IMG/VR virus record: IMGVR_UViG_3300043442_000893
Coordinates: 1-64,000 of that record
DNA length: 64,000 nt
Source of the DNA: a virus
Taxonomy: Duplodnaviria > Caudoviricetes
Strand: one strand, 5' to 3'
Both the position numbers and the translations under genes were made by a program. How positions within the stretch are numbered: position 1 is the stretch's first letter; every line of letters starts with the position of its first letter. Of the stretch, positions 1-8,472 are shown one piece after another. The notes beneath the pieces were generated by a model. The model did no database searches and was not told the DNA's origin. It saw only the letters and a program-made list of their open reading frames with translations.

Positions 1-231
1 CTGGAGGCCCTGCCCGAATGATCAGCATCGACAGCAACCAAGGCCGCATCGGTGAATTCTGGTGGATTAATTCCGATCCATCAACCATTCACCAAGTTGA
101 CGTGCCGATTGCGGCAAATGTTCAGCTCGATCTCGTACTGTGGGGCTCATGCGGCATTGGCCGCGATATTCACGTTGTTATGGCACCTCCTCATGGCTGA
201 CCTCTCCCCCGCCGCGCCCTGGAGCAACTCG

Positions 232-753
232 ATGACTGATTACACAGCAACGCCCAAGCAATGGGCCGAAATAGCGCATTGGTCTGATGAATACGGCTAC
301 GCTCCTCAAACCTGCATCCTTGAACTCCGCGCCAGGGTCAAGACGCTAGAAGATGCAGTTCACAAACATATTGTCGAAACGAATTCAAACATTGTGGCTT
401 TATTTAGCCGGGTTGAATCGTTAGAAGCTGCTGAACGCCAAGCATCAAAAGTCCACCAGATCAGCAAACCTCTGAAACTTACTGCAAAGCAGCAGGCAGA
501 GTTAAAAGCATTACTGACGCCCGATTTTAGGGTTGGTATGACGCCAACTTCTACTTCAAACCAAGTTGGTAATTCGCTGGTGGATCAGGTAGCCCGCGCT
601 ATCGGTCGAGACGATGAACCCATCAACTGGGAGGAAGAAGCCCGCGCTGCGATCCGCACGGTGGCCTTGTGGCTTAACGAAACTCCCTTTGATCTCTACC
701 CCGGTGATCGCGGCACCATTGTCAATGCTCTTTATGACCAAGCAAATCAATGA
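232..753 (+). CDS. hypothetical phage protein (coiled coil)
   Basis: ORF 52..753; likely start ATG 232 (MTDYTAT), alternative 193; stop overlaps next ATG. Confidence 0.6.
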   Translation: MTDYTATPKQWAEIAHWSDEYGYAPQTCILELRARVKTLEDAVHKHIVETNSNIVALFSRVESLEAAERQASKVHQISKPLKLTAKQQAELKALLTPDFRVGMTPTSTSNQVGNSLVDQVARAIGRDDEPINWEEEARAAIRTVALWLNETPFDLYPGDRGTIVNALYDQANQ

Positions 754-932
754 CTGACTTCAAATTTGTGCCACTAAACAGTCTTGAGAATCGCCTCGGT
801 GATGCTCTTGGCCTTGCCATTGCCATGATCCGCGATCCAAGCGCCGTGGACAACAAAGCCATGGCTCAGATCGAGGCGCCATTTAAGGAATGGTGTGATG
901 CTCTCGTTGATGGAGGTCTACTCAATGACTGA
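750..932 (+). CDS. hypothetical protein
   Basis: 60-aa ORF coupled to its neighbours (ATGA overlap). Confidence 0.6.
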   Translation: MTDFKFVPLNSLENRLGDALGLAIAMIRDPSAVDNKAMAQIEAPFKEWCDALVDGGLLND

Positions 933-1182
933 CACCACCCCACTGAGCCCCGCCGCGCAGGCAGTGCTGGATGCCCTGCACACAGAAAACTCAACGGGTC
1001 CAGAGCGGTATTGGGCTCGTGCCAATGCCGTTGCCGCCCTTCGTGCTGCTGCGGATTTGGTGGCTCCCGATGACTACAAGTGCTACACGGGAAACCTTGA
1101 ATGGGACGCCGGAATGGAAGCCCGCACCGACGACATTCGAGAAAATCTCCTCACCATCGCCGCCGAGCTTGAAGCCCAGTAA
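925..1182 (+). CDS. hypothetical protein, LSPAAQAVLDA paralog 1
   Basis: MTDTTPLSPAAQAVLDA...AALRAAAD...IAAELEAQ; paralogous to 1200 and 1664 ORFs. Confidence 0.75.
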   Translation: MTDTTPLSPAAQAVLDALHTENSTGPERYWARANAVAALRAAADLVAPDDYKCYTGNLEWDAGMEARTDDIRENLLTIAAELEAQ

Positions 1183-1199
1183 TCAACATCACTACAACC

Positions 1200-1439
1200 A
1201 TGACTGACCCCACCCCACTGAGCCCCACCGCACAGGCGGTGCTGGACGCCTACTACACCGAATCTGATCTTCGTGATCGAGAGGTCACTTGCGGCGAAAT
1301 GCTCGCCGCCGCCCTGCGTGCTGTTGCGGATCAGCTCGGCGAATGCCGTGCTCTAGGTGCCGAGTTTGAGGATTTGTACCCACGCATCATCGAGGTAGAC
1401 GATCTCCTTGCCATCGCTGATGAGCTGGAAGCCCAGTAG
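1200..1439 (+). CDS. hypothetical protein, LSPAAQAVLDA paralog 2
   Basis: LSPTAQAVLDA...AAALRAVAD...IADELEAQ. Confidence 0.75.
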   Translation: MTDPTPLSPTAQAVLDAYYTESDLRDREVTCGEMLAAALRAVADQLGECRALGAEFEDLYPRIIEVDDLLAIADELEAQ

Positions 1440-1451
1440 TCAGACCCACTT

Positions 1452-1667
1452 ATGACCGACATCACCTTCTACAAACTCGACGCAGCATTTGCGTCTTTGA
1501 AAAAATTCGACCATTTAGCTAAAGATGACGACTTTATCGAAGTGGCTTTATGGAACAATGGCGAAGGCTTTGACGCGCATTTAAGCGCTCATGGCGATCA
1601 ATCTTTCAAGCTGACATGGGGAGAGTTCAAAGCTCTCAAGAAGCTTGTTAAGGAATTGGACAAATGA
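1452..1667 (+). CDS. hypothetical protein
   Basis: 71-aa ORF in operon, coupled to next gene. Confidence 0.7.
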   Translation: MTDITFYKLDAAFASLKKFDHLAKDDDFIEVALWNNGEGFDAHLSAHGDQSFKLTWGEFKALKKLVKELDK

Positions 1668-1882
1668 CTAAACTTTCACTCGCTGCTCAGGTGATTCTTG
1701 ATGCGTTTCGCACAAGCCACACCGGCCAAGGCTGTCTTGCTGCCGCCCTGCATGAAGTGGCACGTCAAGTGGTGCCAGATGATCTGGAACTATCAAAACG
1801 CTCAGGCGAGGCAGTTCGCCTCAATCGTCTAAGTATTTGTCGTCAGATTCACGCCATCGCTGATGAGCTTCAAGCCCAGTAG
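1664..1882 (+). CDS. hypothetical protein, LSPAAQAVLDA paralog 3
   Basis: LSLAAQVILDA...AAALHEVA...IADELQAQ. Confidence 0.75.
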   Translation: MTKLSLAAQVILDAFRTSHTGQGCLAAALHEVARQVVPDDLELSKRSGEAVRLNRLSICRQIHAIADELQAQ

Positions 1883-1947
1883 CCAAAACCTCTGGCTCCT
1901 ATCAAATTATCAGGATTTCCAATAAACGCCATTTATCAAGAATCCTG

Positions 1948-2115
1948 CTAAAGCCCCTCAAGGGGCTTTTTCTTTGCCCAAGAACGATCACCAGGAAGAG
2001 GTTCCATCCCTACGTCCCAAGTATCAAAATCTTCTTCGTTGCGAGGATCGTACATTTCCCCGCTTGCCATCCATCGCTTCAGTCTTTCCCTTTCTTGCTC
2101 TGCAGAAAGCTTCAT
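1948..2115 (-). CDS. hypothetical protein
   Basis: MKLSAEQERERLKRW..., ATG at 2115. Confidence 0.5.
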   Translation of the reverse strand: MKLSAEQERERLKRWMASGEMYDPRNEEDFDTWDVGMEPLPGDRSWAKKKPLEGL

Positions 2116-2146
2116 GACAATCTCCCAGCTCTTCAAGCATAGGCAC

Positions 2147-2352
2147 AAGAAAAGGGGCCTTACAGCCCCTTCTCTTCACACCCTCCGATGCCCCTTTCCC
2201 TAAAGATACAAGGGAGATGACGCGCCTCTCAGGAGACCATGTATAACTCCTTGGCTAAGCCATACGGCTTTGCCCGCATCATCAGAGGCGTCCACCCTCA
2301 CGGCTCGCCCGAAGACGAGAGCAGCAATTAAGCCGCCAGGACCGAGTGCTCA
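2147..2352 (-). ncRNA. candidate structured ncRNA
   Basis: No long ORF; extended -10 (TGnTATGAT, 2356-2364) upstream and hairpin+U-run (2147-2171) downstream on the minus strand; several internal stems. Confidence 0.35.
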
Positions 2353-2462
2353 AGAATCATAACACGCTTTGTCCGCTCGGCACTAACCGCCCGTTTCATG
2401 GCACAATGGGCATTGCCTTGTCGGAGACGACATGGTCCTCTCTAGTTCTTTCGTACTAATTG

Positions 2463-2810
2463 ATGAAACGTCTTTTTCTTTCCCTTCTGCTGCTTTGCCC
2501 CTTACAGGCGCAAGCAGCTCTTGAATGTGGCTACGCCTCGCACTACGGCATCTCAGACGGCTATCACGGCCAGCGCACTGCAAGCGGCTCCACGTTCAAT
2601 GCCTATTCCATGACTGCCGCACACCCCTGGCTTCCATTTGGCACGCGATTGCGTGTGAAGAACCGTAACAATGGAAAGTCAGTGACAGTGACAGTCGTTG
2701 ATCGCGGTCCATACTACGGAGGCCGAATCTTGGACTTGTCCTACGGCAGCTTTGCTCGCATCGCTTCCCCTTCTCAAGGCGAAGCTTCCATCTGCATCTC
2801 AAGACTATGA
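2463..2810 (+). CDS. rlpA: RlpA-like (DPBB) lytic transglycosylase with signal peptide
   Basis: ASHYG..TASG..TAAHPWLPFGT.LRV..V.V.DRGPY..RILDLS motifs. Confidence 0.9.
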   Translation: MKRLFLSLLLLCPLQAQAALECGYASHYGISDGYHGQRTASGSTFNAYSMTAAHPWLPFGTRLRVKNRNNGKSVTVTVVDRGPYYGGRILDLSYGSFARIASPSQGEASICISRL

Positions 2811-2995
2811 AAGACGCAGCTTCTTTCCTGCTGGTAAGCCTGGTCATTGGACTAGGCGCATTTGCCATTGTCGCCTCCCCTAACGTAATGGCCAACAAGG
2901 AGGGCCTTGACAAATGCCTGCAGCTCCATCCCGAACGCTACTGTCGCATTGCCAACGGTTTCCCCGTGGCAAAGCTTGACAGCCAGACCAAATAG
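2807..2995 (+). CDS. small membrane protein
   Basis: N-terminal hydrophobic helix; ATGA overlap with rlpA. Confidence 0.65.
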   Translation: MKDAASFLLVSLVIGLGAFAIVASPNVMANKEGLDKCLQLHPERYCRIANGFPVAKLDSQTK

Positions 2996-3004
2996 GCCTA
3001 CAGT
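2976..3004 (+). promoter_or_regulatory. sigma70-type promoter
   Basis: TTGACA-17 nt-TACAGT upstream of ORF 3083. Confidence 0.7.
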
Positions 3005-3082
3005 CCCCTCGGTCGATGGGAAAGGAGCCTCGCAAGAGGCTCCTCCTTTTCTTCCTCGTTCCTTCGCTGGCGACAGCTCCTC

Positions 3083-3361
3083 ATGGACAAAACCAACAAA
3101 ATCAAACAGTTCATTTTCAATGCTGGTCACAGCATTGTTTCAGTGGAATTCATCAAGGCTGATGGTTCCGTGCGTCGCATTCAGTTCAATCCTTGGGACA
3201 CCAAGGAAATTAAGGGCACGGGCACAGCAGTAAAGAAGCCCAGCATTGTACGCTGTCGTGATTTCTCCATTGCTCGCAAGGAAGGAGAAGGTGCTTGGCG
3301 TTCGTTTGATTGTGAGCGCGTAGTGAGGATTAAAGCCAACGGTCAAACCCTCGTTTTCTGA
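3083..3361 (+). CDS. SH3/WYL_2-like (DUF2693-type) phage protein
   Basis: V.F.KADGS.R ... D....AWRSF pattern. Confidence 0.65.
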   Translation: MDKTNKIKQFIFNAGHSIVSVEFIKADGSVRRIQFNPWDTKEIKGTGTAVKKPSIVRCRDFSIARKEGEGAWRSFDCERVVRIKANGQTLVF

Positions 3362-3364
3362 ACC

Positions 3365-3571
3365 ATGCCTCTCACTCGCACGCAACAAGCCATTGCCAAA
3401 ATGGTTTCTGATAATGCCCGCCACAAATGGAAAGATTACAGCGCCGATGATCGTTCTTCTGCTCGCAGCTTTATTCTTTCCCGCGCTAATAAGCCCGCTT
3501 ATAAAAGCAAGAAAGACTTGCTAATTACACTTGCAAATGCTTTGCAAGATGAAGTTTGGAAAGTGCTTTAA
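3365..3571 (+). CDS. hypothetical protein
   Basis: 68-aa ORF in operon. Confidence 0.6.
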   Translation: MPLTRTQQAIAKMVSDNARHKWKDYSADDRSSARSFILSRANKPAYKSKKDLLITLANALQDEVWKVL

Positions 3572-3762
3572 TGGGCACGAAAGATAACAGGCGAGCAGTG
3601 TTTGCTCTGGCAGCAAAATACGGTTTCGTTCTTCAGCGCGAAAAGAAACATTATGTTTTTAAGCATCCCTCAGGCAGAATATTTTGCACAAGCAAAAGCA
3701 CATTAGATAAGCGTTTCCTAAGAAACGTTGAAAGCTTTATCAAACGTTCCCTTTCCTCCTGA
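3571..3762 (+). CDS. HicA-like small basic protein
   Basis: GF.LQR..KHYVFKHPSG pattern typical of the HicA fold. Confidence 0.6.
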   Translation: MGTKDNRRAVFALAAKYGFVLQREKKHYVFKHPSGRIFCTSKSTLDKRFLRNVESFIKRSLSS

Positions 3763-3776
3763 TTTTTCTCAAAACC

Positions 3777-4148
3777 ATGCTTTCCCTCCTCCTCGCAACT
3801 GCACTGCCCGAATTGCCTCCCGTGCAACAACAAGCTCCTTCCAGAGAAGAAGCGCTTCTTGAGCGCATCATCAAAGAAGGGCAAACTGCCACTGAGCGTA
3901 AATTTGGTGATTGCCACTACGCATGGGGCTCATGGAAGCTCTCTTCCGATGGCGTGAGGACGACCACTCGCCAATGTAAAGACGAAAGCGCTCAAACGCC
4001 CGCGCCAATTGCAGTGAGCTGCCCTCTGCTCAAAGTGAACGTGCTTCAAGACAAGCAATGGCAGGGCTGGCGGAGTCCCGTGGCAAAAGGCGCCAAACCA
4101 GGCGAAGCTAACATGGTTGCCGCTCTCTGCGCCAACGTCACCAACTAA
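3777..4148 (+). CDS. hypothetical exported protein
   Basis: Hydrophobic N-terminus, 4 Cys. Confidence 0.65.
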   Translation: MLSLLLATALPELPPVQQQAPSREEALLERIIKEGQTATERKFGDCHYAWGSWKLSSDGVRTTTRQCKDESAQTPAPIAVSCPLLKVNVLQDKQWQGWRSPVAKGAKPGEANMVAALCANVTN

Positions 4149-4252
4149 CTAAAGGCAGAGCTGGGCTAGGCTTCACGAGGCCTAGCCCTCACAGCGTGCT
4201 CCATCGCTGGTAACGCCTCAATGAAGAAATCATTGGGAGCATTCATCTTATC

Positions 4253-4462
4253 ATGCCTTTTCCCATTGGAACCCTCGTTGATCTCTACGATTCAGGCTTC
4301 CAACAATGGAGAGGCGAATACACCGTTGTCAAAATCACGGAAACTGGCCTGCATAAGATCAAAAACACTAAAACCAATAGCCAGCAGTTCGTAAAGGAAA
4401 CTGCTCTCCGCATGGGCCGGCTCCGGCCCTTTCGCATTGAGAGCCTTTATGACGGTTTGTAA
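4253..4462 (+). CDS. hypothetical protein (SH3/KOW-like)
   Basis: F.IG.LV ... Y.VVKI ... V.E..L pattern. Confidence 0.6.
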   Translation: MPFPIGTLVDLYDSGFQQWRGEYTVVKITETGLHKIKNTKTNSQQFVKETALRMGRLRPFRIESLYDGL

Positions 4463-4497
4463 CAGGCCTCGATAGAGGCCCTGCCATGCTGTATTGT
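4446..4497 (+). promoter_or_regulatory. repeated promoter module 1 (HLR1-like repeat, GGCC hairpin, TATTGT)
   Basis: Reverse strand GTTACAAA-CC-GTCATAAA; ggcctc-gata-gaggcc; TATTGT 4492-4497. Confidence 0.55.
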
Positions 4498-4537
4498 TCT
4501 TCGCATGGGCAGCGATGCCCCCCCTGAGAAACCAACC

Positions 4538-4918
4538 ATGGCAATCATCAACCACACAGTCGAGCAGCTCACTGGTCCTGGCTACTGGACCAAATTCGAG
4601 GGGCTGGAGCGCGTCAGGCTCACGATCACTGTGCCCAACTGGCACCAACCCTTCCCTACTCAGCAGAGAGCTGGCGCCGAGGATCCTCGCTCTCTCGAGC
4701 TGATTGGTCTTCTCCACGTGTGCCAAACCTGGTACATCAATGGTCCCGTGATGGACCAATGGACCATTTCTACGCTCAGTGGCCCCATCAAAGTGCCTGC
4801 TGGCACTCGCATTGTCTCCGAGCCCCTGCCTGAGAAGTGGGCAGCATGGGAGCAAGAGGCCAGCGAAGGCAAAAAGCAGTGGTGGGCCTATTCCAATGGT
4901 CGCACTGCCTTCTGTTAA
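4538..4918 (+). CDS. hypothetical protein
   Basis: MAIINHTVEQ..., ATG 4538. Confidence 0.7.
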   Translation: MAIINHTVEQLTGPGYWTKFEGLERVRLTITVPNWHQPFPTQQRAGAEDPRSLELIGLLHVCQTWYINGPVMDQWTISTLSGPIKVPAGTRIVSEPLPEKWAAWEQEASEGKKQWWAYSNGRTAFC

Positions 4919-4963
4919 GCATTGTTATGGCGGGGCCGATTACGGCCCCTTCCAAATTATTGT
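4914..4963 (+). promoter_or_regulatory. repeated promoter module 2
   Basis: GTTAAGCA-TT-GTTATGGC; ggggccg-atta-cggcccc; TATTGT 4958-4963. Confidence 0.55.
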
Positions 4964-4984
4964 TCTCTTGTTCGCAACCAAACC

Positions 4985-5224
4985 ATGCACCGCCCCTACG
5001 AAGGTCACCGCCAAGATCCATACCTTGCGAAGCTTGAGGCTGACCGCCAGGCACAACACAGTGGCTATGGCATTCAGCAGTATCTGTGTGCCGATGGTTC
5101 CCAAAAGTGGGAAGCGTACGGTTGGGAACGCATTACAGAGCTTTCCATCCATACCACTTCCTACGGCATCTTTGACCACAAGTGGCAAGCTGAACAGTAT
5201 TTCAACAATTGCATTTATGGCTGA
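4985..5224 (+). CDS. hypothetical protein
   Basis: MHRPYEGHRQDPY..., ATG 4985. Confidence 0.65.
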   Translation: MHRPYEGHRQDPYLAKLEADRQAQHSGYGIQQYLCADGSQKWEAYGWERITELSIHTTSYGIFDHKWQAEQYFNNCIYG

Positions 5225-5226
5225 TC

Positions 5227-5457
5227 ATGAATAATTCACAAAAGGCGCTATCTATCAATCAACGCAACATCTATTTGCATTATTTGGCTCACAAGAAAAA
5301 GCATGGCGATGTGCCATGCAAAGCTCCAAAATGTCCCTTGCAAGGAAACAGGCTTGTTGAACATATAAAAGCAATGGAAAAACTAGAAGAACGAGGATTC
5401 TTTCGCATCGTTCGCCATTCTGACGATTATCTTTCCTGGACCATCATCTCCGCTTGA
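5227..5457 (+). CDS. hypothetical protein (possible winged-helix)
   Basis: LS.NQR.IY ... LEERGF..I pattern. Confidence 0.55.
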   Translation: MNNSQKALSINQRNIYLHYLAHKKKHGDVPCKAPKCPLQGNRLVEHIKAMEKLEERGFFRIVRHSDDYLSWTIISA

Positions 5458-5460
5458 ATA

Positions 5461-5685
5461 ATGCCTTTCCCATTGTCATTTGTCTCTGAAGATGAATATG
5501 GCGTGTCTTATGCAGCACGCATATTTCATTCCATTGAAGAACTGCACGATGAAATTAGAGCTTTAGAGGAGCTGCTTGATGAAAGCTCCGCCAGTAGGGG
5601 CTATGTCATCCAAGCAGCTTTAGACCAGCTCAAGCAGCTTGCCCTTTCCATCGAAGACGAACCCCTTTCCACTTACGATCAATGA
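5461..5685 (+). CDS. hypothetical acidic protein
   Basis: 74-aa ORF in operon. Confidence 0.6.
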   Translation: MPFPLSFVSEDEYGVSYAARIFHSIEELHDEIRALEELLDESSASRGYVIQAALDQLKQLALSIEDEPLSTYDQ

Positions 5686-5984
5686 TCACTACCATTCGCA
5701 CCTACCAAGACAACGGCCCGTATTTCTTCGCTACAAGAGGCAGCTATCAAGCTGCCTCGCTCCAGCAACTCATTTTTCACATACGACAAGCGATGGAAGA
5801 CCGAGAGGACACCATTGGCATCTTCGGCCCAGATGGGGCCTGCAAGGGCATCTGGCAGCGAGAGCTAGAGGGGCATGTGGACAGCGCTGGCGATGCCATC
5901 GTGGACCACGAGGGCTATGAGCTGCTTCGCCCTTCTACCAAGGAGCAATGGATGTGGAAGCGTCTCCAGGAGCAACTGGCCTGA
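5682..5984 (+). CDS. hypothetical protein
   Basis: 100-aa ORF, ATGA overlap. Confidence 0.65.
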   Translation: MITTIRTYQDNGPYFFATRGSYQAASLQQLIFHIRQAMEDREDTIGIFGPDGACKGIWQRELEGHVDSAGDAIVDHEGYELLRPSTKEQWMWKRLQEQLA

Positions 5985-5986
5985 GT

Positions 5987-6035
5987 GTTAAGGATTATTA
6001 CAGGCCCTGGAAACAGGGCCTTTTGGCTGTATTGT
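5987..6035 (+). promoter_or_regulatory. repeated promoter module 3
   Basis: GTTAAGGA-TT-ATTACAGG; aggccctg-gaaa-cagggcct; TATTGT 6030-6035. Confidence 0.55.
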
Positions 6036-6081
6036 TAGCAAGTCAACGGGGCGCGAGCCTCTCCTCTCTTCGGTCAAAACC

Positions 6082-6336
6082 ATGGAATTCACCGTTAACG
6101 CTGGCGGCCTGCTCATCAAGCACGATGAAGAGCAGCTCATCTCCTTGATTGCCAAGTTCATCAATGAAGGCAAGCCTGGTTGCGGCTTCTTCGTGGTGGG
6201 CGTTGCCTGCATCGCTAAGCATGAAGATGGCCAGATGATGATGGGTCGTAAGATGGAAACCCTCAGTCGTCTCTTCAATAAGACAAGCGACGATATTATG
6301 TATCTCGTGAAATGTTGGGCTTCTGAAGCTGCTTGA
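6082..6336 (+). CDS. hypothetical protein
   Basis: 84-aa ORF after promoter module. Confidence 0.65.
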   Translation: MEFTVNAGGLLIKHDEEQLISLIAKFINEGKPGCGFFVVGVACIAKHEDGQMMMGRKMETLSRLFNKTSDDIMYLVKCWASEAA

Positions 6337-6382
6337 TTTAGACCATGGGCGCATCAAAGCGCCCCGTTCCTCTCCTAAAGCC

Positions 6383-6541
6383 ATGATCCTTATTGATTTC
6401 TTTGATGCTGACTGCTGCAAAGGCACCGAATTGACAGAAGGCTGGTATTGGTATGACGATGATGATGAAAATGGCGTGGGAGGGCCTTATGAAAGTGAAG
6501 AAGCTGCCGTTAAGGCAGCTTTTGATGGACATGGCTGGTAA
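6383..6541 (+). CDS. small acidic protein (52 aa, not in ORF track)
   Basis: MILIDFFDADCCKGTELTEGWYWYDDDDENGVGGPYESEEAAVKAAFDGHGW. Confidence 0.65.
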   Translation: MILIDFFDADCCKGTELTEGWYWYDDDDENGVGGPYESEEAAVKAAFDGHGW

Positions 6542-6586
6542 AGCAAAAGCCGGGCTGCAAGGCCCGGCTGGTTTCCTATCTGAGGC

Positions 6587-6667
6587 CCGGCTAGAGGCCT
6601 GTCTTGCAAAATTGGGTCCGGCTAGAGGCGTATCTTGGGAAAAATTGGAACCGGCTAGAGGCGTATC
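6587..6667 (+). repeat. 3 tandem repeats, core CCGGCTAGAGGC
   Basis: Copies at 6587, 6618, 6651. Confidence 0.85.
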
Positions 6668-6699
6668 ATGGTTTTTTGATATTGTTTCATAGCGCTACC

Positions 6700-7510
6700 G
6701 TTTTATGCTTTTATGCGCATATGCGCATATGCCGATATCGTTGTATGCGCATAGCCGCATAGTAGTACAGGCGTACTATAGTACAGGCGTACTTGTGCCA
6801 ATCCTCGGACCGTCCACTGATACCGATGCGTACCAGTATCGGCAGCCGCCTACGATCAGCAGCCGTATCGGCAAGCGATCCTGATCTGCGTTCGTAGCAA
6901 CGCGCGCCAGTGATCACGATCGTGATCAGCCAGCCACTGCCGTTCTGCGTTGGTAGCGGCCTGCGCGGCGTGATCAGCAGCGCAGGCCCTGGCTGCCATC
7001 GTTCCGCATTCGCATCGTCAGGCGGGACCGTTCCGCATTGATGCCGGCCCCTGGTTTTTGTTCCGCATCCGCACGGCCTGCCCCTGCTGATCAGCAGCAC
7101 GACCCCCAGGCCGTGCCGTTCCGCATCCGCAGCAGTGGACAGCGTGCCGATTGGCCTAGTTGCCAAAGCGGCAGGCGATGACATATGCGCGCGCGCGATC
7201 GTTCTATGGGAGCCAGTAAGGCGGCATTGATCAGCGCAGCTTTTCATTCCAGGCGATTCCAGGCACTGATAAGCGTATCCGCTTATGCGTGGCCTTTTCA
7301 GCCTTGTCCCATCCGCATGGCTTATCTCAGTGCCTTTTGCCGGTTAAGAGACGCTGATCGCTGATAGGCTCTGCCCGAACCTTGAAAACCTGATCAAGTG
7401 ACCGCGCCGGAGGCCTCTCCTGCGCGACGGCCGCGCTATGCGCGGCGCCGCTAGCTAAGGCGCGATGCCGGAGGGTTATTCCTCCCTAGTGGCCTGGCGG
7501 AGCGATCCGC
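6700..7510. repeat. non-coding palindrome/GATC/GTTCCGCAT-rich block (candidate pac, terminus or ori)
   Basis: About 13 GATC in 6850-7510, GTTCCGCAT x4, ATGCGCAT and TAGTACAGGCGTACT repeats. Confidence 0.6.
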
Positions 7511-7722
7511 CTTTTGTCCTCTCGCAAATAACGACATGCGCATTTCACCCTTTCCAATCCTTTTGGCCGCGCTTGCCATCGGCACCATATGGGCCGGCCA
7601 AGATGCCTCCGCGCGGTTCAACCGCTGCACGGAATCGCAATCTCTCGCCCACTGCCGTCTTGTGTTCTACGGCCGCTGATTCCTCCTCTTTTCTGTTCTC
7701 TGTTCTCTCACCGTCTCTCGCT

Positions 7723-8472
7723 ATGGCCTCATTCAGCTCCGCCGCTCAGCTCCTCTCCTCCTCCTTTGTTTCCAAGGAGAGAGACAATGGCGAGCGGTTC
7801 TACTGCCTCTCAGACTCAACACCCGAGTGGTGTTCTACTGCCGTAATGCTGGCTCACGACAATGAGCTTCCCAATGATTCCCGTTATGCGCTCATCCGGG
7901 ATGCTGCCATTGCTCTCTCTGATCAGCAGTGTGATTCCGCAGAGGATGCGCAAGAGGCTCTATGGGAGCTCTCTTGTGATCTACTGCCGAGCTCTACTGC
8001 TGCTCTCCTCCAATGGTTTACTGATCGCCCGTCCCGCCTCTCAGACTGCGATGAGGCAGTTGAGGAGAACGGCTCCTCTTCTCTCTCTGTGACTGACCTT
8101 CTAGAGCTCGGACATAGGAGAGCTTCGGAGAGCGTTCTCTCTGTTCTCATTGCAGAGATCGAGGAGAATCGCGAGAGCCTGTTCAATCCAGAGGAGGATT
8201 GTCGGCTCCTCCTCTCAGACTCCCATGGGATATATATTCCGCAGCTCTACTGCCAAACCCTCTCAGAGGAGGAGGCAGAGGAGAGCGGTATCTCCTGGGA
8301 GGATGTTCTCCTCTGCCAGAGCGGTCCTGATGAGGAGCGCTATTGGGAGGCATGGCAGCAGATCTGTGATGCCGCGGAATGGGAGGAGGATGGAGAGACG
8401 TGGCGTCTCCTGCAGAATGGCGACCTCTGGCAAGTAAGGGCAGATGCTGTCATTCCTGAGGAGTGGCTTTAA
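7723..8472 (+). CDS. acidic two-domain protein, N-terminal Ocr-like DNA mimic (putative anti-restriction)
   Basis: Very acidic, almost no Lys; AEDAQEALWELSCDLLPSSTAALL resembles T7 Ocr [24 protein letters not shown]; C-domain LLLSD.HGIYIP...GPD...YWEAW...QNGDLW. Confidence 0.55.
   Translation: MASFSSAAQLLSSSFVSKERDNGERFYCLSDSTPEWCSTAVMLAHDNELPNDSRYALIRDAAIALSDQQCDSAEDAQEALWELSCDLLPSSTAALLQWFTDRPSRLSDCDEAVEENGSSSLSVTDLLELGHRRASESVLSVLIAEIEENRESLFNPEEDCRLLLSDSHGIYIPQLYCQTLSEEEAEESGISWEDVLLCQSGPDEERYWEAWQQICDAAEWEEDGETWRLLQNGDLWQVRADAVIPEEWL

Noticed and set aside
6453-7247. ORFs 6453-6692 and 6711-7247
   Set aside because: They run through repeats and palindromes and give unconvincing proteins; a better 52-aa ORF exists at 6383-6541.
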